Shown here: piece after piece, positions 21,997 to 32,000 of the stretch
How positions within the stretch are numbered: the first letter of the stretch is position 1
How the letters are laid out: every line of letters begins with the position of its first letter
DNA from: Wallemia ichthyophaga EXF-994
Lineage: Eukaryota; Fungi; Basidiomycota
DNA: 32,000 nucleotides
NCBI RefSeq assembly: GCF_000400465.1
Contig: NW_008806274.1
Span: 26,925 to 58,924 of the forward strand
Direction: 5' to 3'
The notes under the pieces: model-generated
Seen by the model: only the letters and a program-made list of their open reading frames with translations
What the model was told of the DNA's origin: nothing
The model's database searches: none
Made by a program: the position numbers and the translations under genes

Positions 21997-22134
21997 ATGA
22001 CTAAGCCCATCAATATACCGCGCTGGAGTTCCGACGGACAGAGATGGAGATGCGCGAATTCTGCATGCATCAGGTGGATTGAAGCCATGTTTCCAAGCTG
22101 CCCATACTGCAGCTATCCCCGTCCATCGAGCTAG
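21997..22134 (+). CDS. Zinc-finger microprotein ZF4 (RanBP2-like, CX4C variant), 45 aa, intronless
   Basis: MTKPINIPRWSSDGQRWRCANSACIRWIEAMFPSCPYCSYPRPSS fits W-x-C-x4-C-x10-C-x2-C. TATAAATA at 21905-21912, and A at -3 of the ATG. Confidence 0.68.
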   Translation: MTKPINIPRWSSDGQRWRCANSACIRWIEAMFPSCPYCSYPRPSS

Positions 22135-22597
22135 TGAAAAATAGAGCGGAATTATCAAGGCGAATTAGCCCAACCACTGTCTCTTTGTGTGCATATATAA
22201 CAAAGAACACAAACAAACCAATAGCATCAAAATGAACAAAATGTCTGTAGATATCACAATCCAGTGAATAAGAACATCCACTCATGTATGTAACATTATC
22301 AGAATGCAACAACGCACAGGACTTGAAAGCTGCCAGAGCATATTACAGAAAACCATATACATACTGGGTACGACTACAAACTCTTATCGCGTCATACACC
22401 GCAATGTAATTCTGAGTCAGTGCACGTCTGTAAGGCACCAGTACATTTACAGCTGCAGTAATATTCACGCTTACACGTTGTCACATCGTCACATCATCAC
22501 AGCATCGCAGCCTGCACTGTGACGAATAAGATTGGATTTCGGCGGACAGAGGGGTGGATAGGAGTAATCGGCCCATGCTAGTGTTGGCCGAACCACC

Positions 22598-22877
22598 ATG
22601 TGTGCAATTGCAGCCAAGGTGAGCGAGTCGAATTGTTCATTCCCAGCTCGTCCAGCTAATCCTTCTAGTCACTACAAAACACCTCCACGACAAACCCTAA
22701 AGGAAAAACGATTGAGGAAACCACTTGGGTTTGTCGTTATTGCCGAGGCCGTACTCCGCTAGAAGAGTTCTATTGCAGAAAGTGAGCGTACACCACCTTT
22801 CACTCACAACATAACTCACAAACTCACAAACTCACAGCGAGAGATGCTACAACAGTTGGAACTACTGTATGGTTTAA
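22598..22877 (+). CDS. Zinc-finger microprotein ZF5 (RanBP2-like), about 57 aa, 3 exons
   Basis: CCACCATG start. Exons 22598-22618, 22669-22781 and 22838-22877, with introns GTGAGC..CTAAT..TAG (50 nt) and GTGAGC..CAG (56 nt). Translation: MCAIAAKSLQNTSTTNPKGKTIEETTWVCRYCRGRTPLEEFYCRNERCYNSWNYCMV. Same exon plan as ZF1. Confidence 0.78.
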
Positions 22878-23012
22878 AGATATCACATACACAATACCAA
22901 ACATGTCTATGATATCAAGTTTTCATTTATGAATTAAGTGCTATATTAGGTGGATGTTAGAGTATCATGCTGTCACATTGCTATGCTACAATGTATGTTT
23001 CCATGCCTTTAT

Positions 23013-24701
23013 TCAGAATATTGTAGAAAGTGCGTCTTCCGGTTTGGCGAGGGCTGTTGCCAGTTGCTCCGTCGTCTTTTGACGGGGTGCGAATGTGAAT
23101 CCTAAAATGAGTTTTAGTAATGCACCATCTCATAATCCCTTCTACTCACCCGCAAAGAGGCCCCTTTCGACTTTGTTGTTCTTGTCTTGCATTGCTTCGA
23201 TTTTGAGTTGCTTTTCTTTGACTTCGGCGTATTTCACTAGTCGCTGTGGTTAGAAGAGCATATAAGAATGGGTCTAACCCACCCATATCTTCAGGATCGT
23301 CAAAGGCATCAAAGTACCCAGCATCCTCCTCAGAGTCTAGTGCAGGTATGAATGGCGCTGGTGTCTCGCGCAGATTGTCCCATGGAACGTCGCTAAGGAA
23401 GGGGTGGCTTTTTAAACCTTCGAGTGTAGCTATACGCGTTTCCAATGGCGCGATGAGACTGGTTATTGCGTCCCAAGCCGTATCTGACAGGTTGAAAATC
23501 AAGTCTTCTGGTTTGTCGTAGACAGGTCTTCTTAGCACCTACGAGTATGTCAGCAACAGTCAATCAGCACCAATAACTTACCCTCTGCCAGTTGCGCAAA
23601 TTGGTCCAGGTCTCATCAGATGTTGCTCCCGAGAATGGAGGGAAACCAGCTAAGAACTCAAACAAAATACAGCCTAATGACCAGTAGTCGACGGCAAAGG
23701 AGTATGGCTTGCCTCTAATAACCTCTGCAGCTAAATAATCGGGACTACCGACTATACTATCTGCCCATCTAGCCTGGTTGAGCTTCATAGATTTGAATAT
23801 GGATCTGCGCTCTATTGTGGATCTGTAAATAATGTCGTTCTCCTTCACTTCATCGAGTTTGTGCTTGAGGGAGTCTAATCTCGCAGGGTTAAGCGCACCT
23901 GTGGCCAAACCAAAGTCGGTGAGTTTGACATGACCAGAGCTATCAACCAAGAAGTTCTCCGGTTTGAGATCGCGGTGAATGTATCCAAGTTTGTGTAGTG
24001 TATCTATACCCATGAACATTTCAGAAATGTAAAACTTGGCGTGTTCTTCTTTCAACACGCCCGAGTTGTTCAGGAGAGTGCGGAAGTCACCACCAGGAAC
24101 GAACTCCATGGCAAGGAAGACGCTATCGATGTCTTGAAATGCGTACAACAGCCTGACCAACCAAGGTGATTTGGCTGTAGTGAGAATGTCACGTTCTATC
24201 AAGATATGCTTAACTTCGTCCATCTTCTGTAGCGTTTTCTTGCGCATTTGCTTGAGCGCGCAGATTTCGCCTGTGTCTGCTTTACGTGCGAGGTAAACTT
24301 CACCATAGCCGCCTTGACCAACCTGGCAAATGATGTGGAAGTGGTTAAACTTAACTTTAGTGCGTCGCTTGCGGCTGCGAAGGGATTTAGAAGGGCTATG
24401 TCTAAATGCATAATCACCCACAGCAAGGCTCTCTCTCTACCGCAATAAGACTTCCAATCCTTCTGAGCAACGCGGGTATCTTGAGTATCTTGTAAATCAG
24501 AAACCTTCTGATCTAGCCTCTGCTTGCGATTGTGTATATATCCCAATAAATCAAAGTAATAATCATAAAAGTCTATTCAGCTGTATGAGACAACCTTAAT
24601 CGGGGTTCCTAAGTTGACTCACACAACTGCGCGACTGTTGCCTTACGCTGCACTTCTGGTTTCGACAGTATTTCCCTTTCGCGTGGTGGTAATGTTGACA
24701 T
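23013..24701 (-). CDS. DBF2: NDR/AGC-family Ser/Thr kinase Dbf2/Sid2, multi-exon
   Basis: N-terminal QLYFYDYYFDLL..RKQR and RKRRTK. Kinase motifs GQGGYGEV, HRDLKPEN, DFG and SIVGSPDY. C-terminal hydrophobic motif GFTF. Confidence 0.9.
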
Positions 24702-24720
24702 TTTGAGATTAAGAGCAATT

Positions 24721-24735
24721 ACGCGCAGAACGCGT
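24721..24735. promoter_or_regulatory. Tandem MCB-like elements (ACGCGC, ACGCGT) in the 48-bp DBF2/SPC25 spacer
   Basis: ACGCGC at 24721-24726 and ACGCGT at 24730-24735. Confidence 0.4.
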
Positions 24736-24749
24736 CTTCGAGCAATTCG

Positions 24750-25654
24750 ATGACGACGCCGCAAAAGAAATTACTGAGCAGGACACTATCAAAGTGCGTG
24801 AATGCTTATTATTATAATTCTCAATCTTATACGCCTTAGTGAGCCTTCTTCCACGGACGAGCAACAACAAAACCTTCTTAAACTCGATAAGGCAAGGGAT
24901 CGTATGGCTACACTGCAGCTTGCCCTTGATTCACATTCTAGCGACGTTAGAGAGCGCGTCATGAAGCGCAAGGCTGATCACGCAAAGGCATTGAATGAGG
25001 AGAAGGAGAATCAGTCTCGGATAAAAGAGGAAATCGAGAATCTGAAGAAGAAGGAGTTTGATGTCGTGAGAGATATTGAAAGAGAGAGACAGGAGGTGCA
25101 GGAAATGAAGGATCAAATCAGCAATTACATGCGTGAAATGAGATCACATTCTACTAATAGAGACGGCTTGATTGCTGAAATAGAAGAGTACAGGGAAAGA
25201 ATAAACAAACACAAAGACATGATTGAGAGCGAGAAGAAGACTCTTGATGGTCAGGCTGCGAAGAATGCTCCTGAATTAGCCTTCTTTGAGCAGAAATTGG
25301 GTTTAAAGTTGAGAAGTAATAAACGTAAGTGGATGTTTAAATACATAGCCACCCTAACACCTCCAATTAACACAGTCGACTGCATTTTCCTTGCTTTCTC
25401 TCAAATCGATGACCGCCAACCAGACAGACAATTTTCAATCGAATTGGATTTGAGCGAGCCGGAGTATAAAGGTTAGTGTATTACGCATTAATGCACCCCA
25501 CTCACCCACTCACCCAGTCGTATCCTGCAATCCACGACCAGACGAGCTCGATTTGCTCCTCCATGAGCTCAACAGTTCCCGTGGCTTCTACACCTTCATA
25601 AAGCGTATCAGAGGGGCTTTTAGAGGTGTAGTAGTAAAAGAGAAGCACGCTTAA
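24750..25654 (+). CDS. SPC25: Kinetochore Ndc80-complex subunit Spc25, 4 exons
   Basis: Long coiled coil followed by PELAFFEQKLGL, FLAFSQID..PDRQFSIELDLSEPEYKVVSCNP and GFYTFIKRIRGAF. Introns 24794-24840, 25325-25375 and 25472-25517. Confidence 0.85.
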
Positions 25655-25711
25655 GCTCATACTGCGTTTTGTACTTATATTCCACCCGATCCTGCTTGTT
25701 GTACCTTACCC

Positions 25712-27315
25712 ATGACCTCCACTACCGGCCAAGGCCTGCTTGGCGTCGCTGTCGCCGTCGCAGCTACATACGTCATAATTCAGAACTACCAAGACGTTGA
25801 GGATGCTTACCTTATTAATTACGCCACTTCCCACCGACGATTCACTCCGACTAGCCACAGCTTCAGCTATCCGCTCACGCTAGCCCTTTTCAAGCTTGAT
25901 AATAGAAGTGAGAGGAGTAGGCTGTTTAGAGAGTCTAGGAGAATGTGGTCGCTGTTGAGAGTTGATCCCCGCGGCTATCTCACCACTAGCTACAACGATT
26001 TGTCTATAATCGCTAATCTGAGGCGGACACTAGATGACAGAGGGTATAGCGAGAATACCGCTCACTCTGCTTATCTAATGACAATGCCTACCACTCTCGG
26101 AATGTCCAATATCAATCCACTATCGATATACTTCTGCTATGACGACAAGCGGAGGCACACTCTGACGATATTCGAGGTGGGCTAGGCTATTAGTGTATCC
26201 GGTATGTATTTAACATCCACTCCTAGGTACACAACACATATGGCGAAAGGAGTATGTATATCATACCGAACGACGACTCTACGCGCATATCCTCCAGCGA
26301 ATATACCCATCAGAGCTTTCAGCCACGCTCCTTCTTTGTTTCCCCGATGAATGACAGACAGGGCTTTTACAATTTACAGGCGTCTGTCCCGTTCAATTCT
26401 CAAAATCAACTGAGACCACCTAAAATCAGAGTCACTTATTACGACCAGGACGAGAAGCTCAAGTTTACTGCCAATTTGGTGCCTTCTGGTGAGGCAAATG
26501 CGCGAAAAATAAGCCTCAAATCGGTCGTTATACACCTTTCCACCCGCCCATTCACTAACCTTCTCACATTCGCTCGCATACTCTACCAAGCACTTTACCT
26601 CCATTATTTTAAAAACCTAGCATTCTATCCCAAACCTAATATAGGCGTGACGCTAAACACCAAAGCCAATCCAACACAGTCGCTGGACGAGTCAGGCTCG
26701 TTGGGTTTCGATGCAGAGCCGTATTTGTGTTTTCATGCGAGAAAAGCGATTGAGAAGACGTTACACAGCGCTGTACGACGTCATTCACGTGTCAAAGTGA
26801 TCATCACCTACACAGATCCACTGATATCTCCTACCGAAATTGGAGAGGGGGCAGATGACACACTCACCTTGAACATTCGCTCTTACGAATTTTTCACACA
26901 AATGCTCATCTCGCCTAACGTCGACTACATCATCAATGTGCTTGGTAGCAGATGTGAAGATATGGTGCGGATATCAGACGATGATTTGTTCAGGCGTCTG
27001 TTATCATTAGATGAAAATTCCTCGTTATCAAATAACTCCACCTCCAGCCATGCCTTCACTGTGGCCAACTGGCTAGCAGGTCTTCGACGAGCTCATGCTA
27101 AGTGGATTCTTCATCAGTCTCCAGATGCTACAATTGATTTTGACGTGAGTGGAACGCAAGCCTTCGAAAAGCCTCTGGGGGATAGCTGGATGGTGCTTAT
27201 AATGGCTATCGCGATCTCGGTCCAGCTCCGACTTTTTGCATTTTTATTCACGCTGTTGGGTGTCAGATTTAAGCCCCGTCAGACGCCTTGGAAACCCCTG
27301 GATAGATTACAGTAA
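25712..27315 (+). CDS. DUF1365-family protein, copy A, 517 aa, 2 exons
   Basis: HRRFTPTSHSFSY, LMTMPTTLGMSNINPLSIYFCY, EVHNTYGERSMY, FFVSP and ARILYQALYLH. Intron 26177-26226. Confidence 0.8.
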
Positions 27316-27754
27316 AGTGACTCTAGGAGCTTCAAATATTATCCACATGCACATCACCTCCATCACCTCGGGCATTGTACCACAAATCTGAATCACTGAT
27401 TATGTGTGCTTTAACTCCAATGGAAAGTTCACAACAAGATTAATGACAAGATAAGAAGTGCTCATTCGTAAGAAAAATAAAATTTTGGAAATCCCGACCA
27501 TTCGGTACCTCGATGCAAGACAGTCACCAGGAGATAAATTATTGGTGATATCAAGTCACTGGTGGGTTTTCGTAAGGAATGTGCGAGGCTAGAAGAGAGC
27601 AAAAGGGGTTTTAGAGGCATGTAGCGCAGCTGTTCATGAACGGAGTAAAGCTCCTTTTAGGACGTGCTTAAGTCGCGCATAGAACAGTACCCACTCCACA
27701 CTTTAGAATATGAATTTTGAACAAACAAGTCTTGGACTGTGACTGTGAATATTA

Positions 27755-28270
27755 ATGCTGAATGTCTCCTAACTGCTATAATGCTATTCATTAGTTTTGC
27801 TGCGCAGATGCAGCAGTATTCGAAACAGCCAGACTGCAATGAATTGCGAGTAAGCGCACCTCAACGCCGAATGAGACCAGCGGGGAGCAGCTTTAACAAC
27901 GACTTCCTGTACATGACGTATCGACTGCTCAATACTCCGACGAACAATGAGCTATTCAGCGAGTCTCGCGCGAGTGAGCGATACAGAGCTGTTTTATACT
28001 TACTTGACGCAACGAGAATTCAGGATGGGCCGTTTGCGATGGACAGTAAACGCAATGTAGACACAAATGGTCATGGATGGAAACTGTACTGATCAGAAAA
28101 GTTTCCTCACTCAACGCAGAGTTATTCATTAGCGCTTCTTTGTTGGCAGGGTTCACTATAGCGCTGATTTACGCTGAATGGTGGCTTCTTAAAATATTCT
28201 ATGAGATGGTTGAGATTGAGTAGTTTCGTGTCTTACACTCTGGAGACCATTTGATAGACTCCAAGATGGA
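27755..28270 (+). pseudogene. Internally deleted, frameshifted DUF1365 pseudogene (copy B)
   Basis: The 5' part matches the copy C N-terminus (LRVSAPQRRMRPAGSSFNN..LFSES), then jumps to the copy C C-terminus (LARVSD, ATRI, LIYAEWWLLKIFYE, WRPFDRLQ). It has a frameshift after ATG CTG, further indels and an in-frame TAG at 28221. Confidence 0.85.
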
Positions 28271-28616
28271 ATAACCAAGTCGCGGGGCTAGATGGGGGCG
28301 ATATAGACGCATAAACGCAGAATTAAACCATAGACTACTAAAATATTCATTACCTACACGCCCACTTGTACACTCATGAAATAATAGACGACTACGCCTA
28401 CGTCGCAAATTCTGAAACATGTCTGAAAATATATATATCATATCCTAAAAGGGGTGAATGAGGGATATATGATTAAAAAGTTAGATGTTCATAGTCAGTC
28501 TCAAATCTATTTGCACAGCTTTTCCGAATATTACCTTGCCAAATCCGTCAAATAGCGATCAGGAGTTAAAAATTTACCATACTTAATCAATGGCGATATT
28601 GTACAGGTAGTGCACC

Positions 28617-30246
28617 ATGCTGCAATACTTCCAAAGCGCAATACTGCTACTGACAATATTTGCAGTGCAGAAGGAGTACACGGAGCAGCGAGACTGCTAT
28701 GCATTGCGAGTTAGTGCGCCACACCGCCGAATGAGGCCAGTGGGGAGCAGCTTCAACAACAAATTCCTATACGTTCTGTATCGACTGCGCAACACTTCAA
28801 CGAGCAATGGGCTATTCAGTGAGTCCGCGCAACGCACCGCCTCGCTGCTGAGGGTGTCACCTAGCATGTATTTCAGCGAGCACTACTCGCGCAGTGGCTA
28901 CTCTATTCTCGACAACCTTAAGCAAGTACTCCGCGAACGAGGCTACGACCCCGATGCAATGTGCCACACAGTCTGGCTGATGACGCTGCCGATCACGCTG
29001 GGCATTTCGCATGTGAACAATGTATCAGTAGCGTGGGTGTATGCGCACGGTAGACCCACTTGCACCATCTTTTGCACGCATAATTCCTCCGGTCAGAGAC
29101 ACGTCTATCTTGTCGATCACAATAAGGCGGGACAGGTGCAAGCGGCGGCGAAGTGAGTGGATGGTGCAGCCATTGCAGTAGCAGCATTAACCATCATACA
29201 GAGACAGCGGGTACCAGTACACAGCCACTATGGCTCGCGCTCACCATGTCTCACCCACCGAGCCGCGCAGCGGGTACTACCGATTCACATGGACGAGTCC
29301 GTTCGACGGTGGAGGATGCGAGTGTAAGTGCAATTGTCAACACGCCCCGCGGAAGCCGAATTTCCGCACGACGGTGTTTGACGAGCACATGCAGGCCCTG
29401 CTAGTGGGCAGGCTGGAGGTGGAATCGGTGGAAAAGATGAATGCGACGAGTGTCGTGCACCTACTCAAAGACTACACCTTCTCCAATATCAAAATAGCCT
29501 TGCAGTTCGTCAAGACAGGCTGGTATATGCACGTGAAGCGTGGGCTGCGCGTGCATCCAGCACCGCCTCTGACAAGCTCGCGAACGAACCCGACCCAGAC
29601 AGGAGATATGACAGGCTTTATGGGCCTGCCTGCCCAGCCGGTGTTGAGCAGGTGGGCGCAACGTGTGGTGGAGAGTGTTCTGCTGCATACGCTCAATACA
29701 CGCTATCGTGATGTGTGCATCCGGTTCGAGTACACGGATCGGAATATAACACCGGTTACACTCCTTGCTCGCAATGCGGGCGACACATGGCCATCACAAG
29801 CCATACACACCCTTCACATTACAATACGCTCGTTCGAGTTCTACAAACAACTCCTCATTTCACCTAACCCGATGTATGCGGTGGATGTCCTCACCCAGAA
29901 TTGTGAAGACCTCGCCCGGGTGAGCGATGCACGGTTGTTTGTCGACATATTCAGCGCGACGAGGATAAGTGATGGCCGTAGGTCCGTTGCGATAGAGAAA
30001 TTACGAGGCGCATACGTGAGAATGGTCTCTGAGGGCACACATGGCACACACGGCCCACAAAATGTCGATGGCAAAATTTCACTCCACGTCGAGTCGTTCG
30101 TTAGCGCTTCGTGGATGACAATTTTCATCATTACGCTGATATACTTGGAGTGGTGGCTGATTAAGAGTTTCTATGAGTGCACTGGGATTAGAATAATCCC
30201 GCGTCTCACCCCTTGGAGACCGTTCGATCGACTACAAGGGAAGTGA
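28617..30246 (+). CDS. Divergent DUF1365-family protein, copy C, 526 aa, 2 exons
   Basis: Exons 28617-29152 and 29202-30246 join in frame. Collinear similarity to copy A (HRRMRP, WLMTLPITLG, HHVSP, RTNPTQ, IRSFEFY, RCED/NCED, PWRPFDRLQ). Confidence 0.78.
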
Positions 30247-30402
30247 TGAGGACTTGGGATAGGGTATAACAGATAACGACAACAAGCACGTCTTTAATAA
30301 AGATACTAAACAACTATTCATGATGCACACTATTTTTAACTTTACTGTATAACAATAAAATATCCCATGACAAGAGTACAAAAAAGAAGGAGAGCGAAAC
30401 AA

Positions 30403-31128
30403 CTAAAATCTCTGCTTGAGTCTAGCGCCGACGACTTTGAGGTGATTGTAAACCTTTCCTGGAGGACTACCCAAGATCAGGCTGCATATGGAATCCTTAC
30501 AGAGTCTGCAGTTGTTGAAAGCGCCGAGAATGTGAATATGAGTGTCAGCGAGGACGATTCTAGTGCGTGTAGCATTCTCGAGCGCGAACTTGGTTTTGCC
30601 ATTTTGACCAGCGATTCTGCCAATAGCGCGTGAGAGGTGGTCTCCCTGCAGCGATTTCACATCCTTCACTTCGAAGCTGTCGATGTAGAGGTCATCGAGT
30701 CTAAGCAAGGCAATTGCATCCTCGACAGCAAAACCGAGGGCGTATGCCTTGACGAAATCGGCACCTTTCTGGAGGTGGCCGGAATCATTCGTGTGCTTCG
30801 AGGAGCGCAGTTCAACGGCTCTTTTTTGAGGGTTCATGCGCACTTGCAGCTTGAGGAGGTCGACTAAAGGGCCGTAGATGTTCACCCAGTCTTTCTTGAG
30901 CGGGGACATTCTGTGACCGGGTATGAGAACGCCTGGGAGAGTGAAATAGTGAGAAAAGATAAAAAGGCGAATAAAAATCCACTCACGCCTCGTCTGGCCT
31001 TTCAAATCAACAGAAGTGGATTGCGTCTTCTTGGCTGGAGCGAAGACGGGAACGTCTTGGGTGTCCATGGTTTCGTTGGACGTAGACACCATTGGTGTTT
31101 CTGTGTCGATCATAACAGAGTCGCCCAT
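30403..31128 (-). CDS. PNO1: Pre-rRNA processing KH-domain protein Pno1/Dim2
   Basis: RRVLIPGHRMSPLKKDW, DAIALLRLDDLYIDSFEVKDVK, RAIGRIAG and GSPPGKVY. In-frame 54-nt intron at 30933-30986. Confidence 0.95.
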   Translation of the reverse strand: MGDSVMIDTETPMVSTSNETMDTQDVPVFAPAKKTQSTSVDLKGQTRREWIFIRLFIFSHYFTLPGVLIPGHRMSPLKKDWVNIYGPLVDLLKLQVRMNPQKRAVELRSSKHTNDSGHLQKGADFVKAYALGFAVEDAIALLRLDDLYIDSFEVKDVKSLQGDHLSRAIGRIAGQNGKTKFALENATRTRIVLADTHIHILGAFNNCRLCKDSICSLILGSPPGKVYNHLKVVGARLKQRF

Positions 31129-31227
31129 TTGTAAATTTAAATTTTAGTGTGTGGATGGGCGGGAGTGAGTTGATAAGAGGATATTTGGGATAGTTGAAAA
31201 TATTCCAAGCAGAGCTAACACAACAAA

Positions 31228-32000
31228 TCATTTGAATTTATGCATGAATTCATCGTACAGGCGTTGGTTGTTCGGTGTGCTTATGCCTTTGATGCGTGCT
31301 TGGTTGATGATATAACCGTTGAGAAATTCAACTTCCGTGTGTGTTGCAGGCTTTCTACGCTGATGAATATCAGTGTGAGTGCTGTTATAGTTGAGTGCTG
31401 TTGTGTTTATTATGTTTTTGGTGTAAAGATGGGTTGAGTGGTGGTCTAGGTCTAAAACAGTGCAGCATTCATCGACTATGGAGTGTACGAGCTCATTGAA
31501 GTGGATCAACTCACCGTTTCTACAATTTTGTAGCGTGGCTAGCGCGTTTATGGCGCAATTGGCTGTGAGTTTGAGGTGTGCGGTGTGTTGGAAGGTGGGA
31601 GTGTCCAGGATGTGTACCTTGATGCCATCTAGCTGCGATAGGGTAGAAAGAAGTGAGTTTGAATTGTTATTGAGCTGTTGATTGGAATTGTACGCTGTTA
31701 CATTGAGTGTACCACCGTTGCTGGCTTCTGTGAGTATGCCATCTTGAAACGCAGCAGCCATACTGAGATTAGAAATTAGAATCTGCTGGCTATACTTGTT
31801 TATAGCCTTAGGCTCTAAAAATCCGAGTCCATTTTGCAAAAATAAGATGCTAGCGTCTGGTGCTAGTAGAGGGTGGATTGTTTCAAGTGAGTTTAAAGCA
31901 TCATTAGCTTTTGTAGCCACGACTAGCTTTTTAATAGGGTTATTGTGTGATTTATTAGGTGTAAAAAGCCCCTGTCTGCCATCAAACAAGGAATATCTAA
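31228..32000 (-). CDS. Ketopantoate reductase (PanE/ApbA family), 5' end outside the window
   Basis: VATKA, LFLQNGLG, KLTANCAINAL, STHTDI and TEVEFLNGYI. Confidence 0.88.
   Translation of the reverse strand, partial: RYSLFDGRQGLFTPNKSHNNPIKKLVVATKANDALNSLETIHPLLAPDASILFLQNGLGFLEPKAINKYSQQILISNLSMAAAFQDGILTEASNGGTLNVTAYNSNQQLNNNSNSLLSTLSQLDGIKVHILDTPTFQHTAHLKLTANCAINALATLQNCRNGELIHFNELVHSIVDECCTVLDLDHHSTHLYTKNIINTTALNYNSTHTDIHQRRKPATHTEVEFLNGYIINQARIKGISTPNNQRLYDEFMHKFK

Noticed and set aside
22417-22500. Minus-strand GTGATGA...CTGA pair overlapping a Cys-rich frame (CDDVTTCKREYYCSCKC...)
   Set aside because: No recognisable guide. The coding frame is closed by TGA TGA with no start and does not fit the finger spacing.
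27560-27625. Faint similarity to the SPC25 3' end (aggggttttagaggcatgtag) upstream of the DUF1365 pseudogene
   Set aside because: Too short and gapped to separate from chance without an alignment score.
1-32000. Transposons, CRISPR arrays, tRNA and rRNA genes
   Set aside because: No transposase or reverse-transcriptase ORF, LTR or TIR pair with target-site duplication, spacer array or cloverleaf was seen. The only long repeat is the HSP20 pair.

Overview
This is a gene-dense fungal window with very short (42-58 nt) GT-AG introns. It looks like a compact basidiomycete, and Wallemia is my guess from intron size and gene density only. From left to right it holds: a putative sugar/polyol catabolic cluster (SDR, MFS sugar porter with a 2-nt microexon, Gfo/Idh/MocA oxidoreductase, Zn2Cys6 regulator); HSP20 copy a; a TPR-F-box-LRR gene; a PY-motif membrane protein; two DHA1 MFS transporters flanking a TMEM135-like gene; HSP20 copy b (a 608-bp inverted near-identical repeat of copy a); Dbf2 kinase head-to-head with Spc25; a DUF1365 array (two intact genes and one internally deleted pseudogene); Pno1; and a partial ketopantoate reductase. 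The main finding is invisible in the ORF track. Five microprotein genes (40-57 aa, four of them spliced) sit in apparently intergenic DNA, each encoding a single RanBP2/NZF-type zinc finger (W-x-C-x2/4-C-x10-C-x2/4-C). Three share an intron at the same position and phase, and all five lie near the HSP20 pair and ubiquitin-pathway genes. All gene models were spliced and translated by hand, and no database searches were run.
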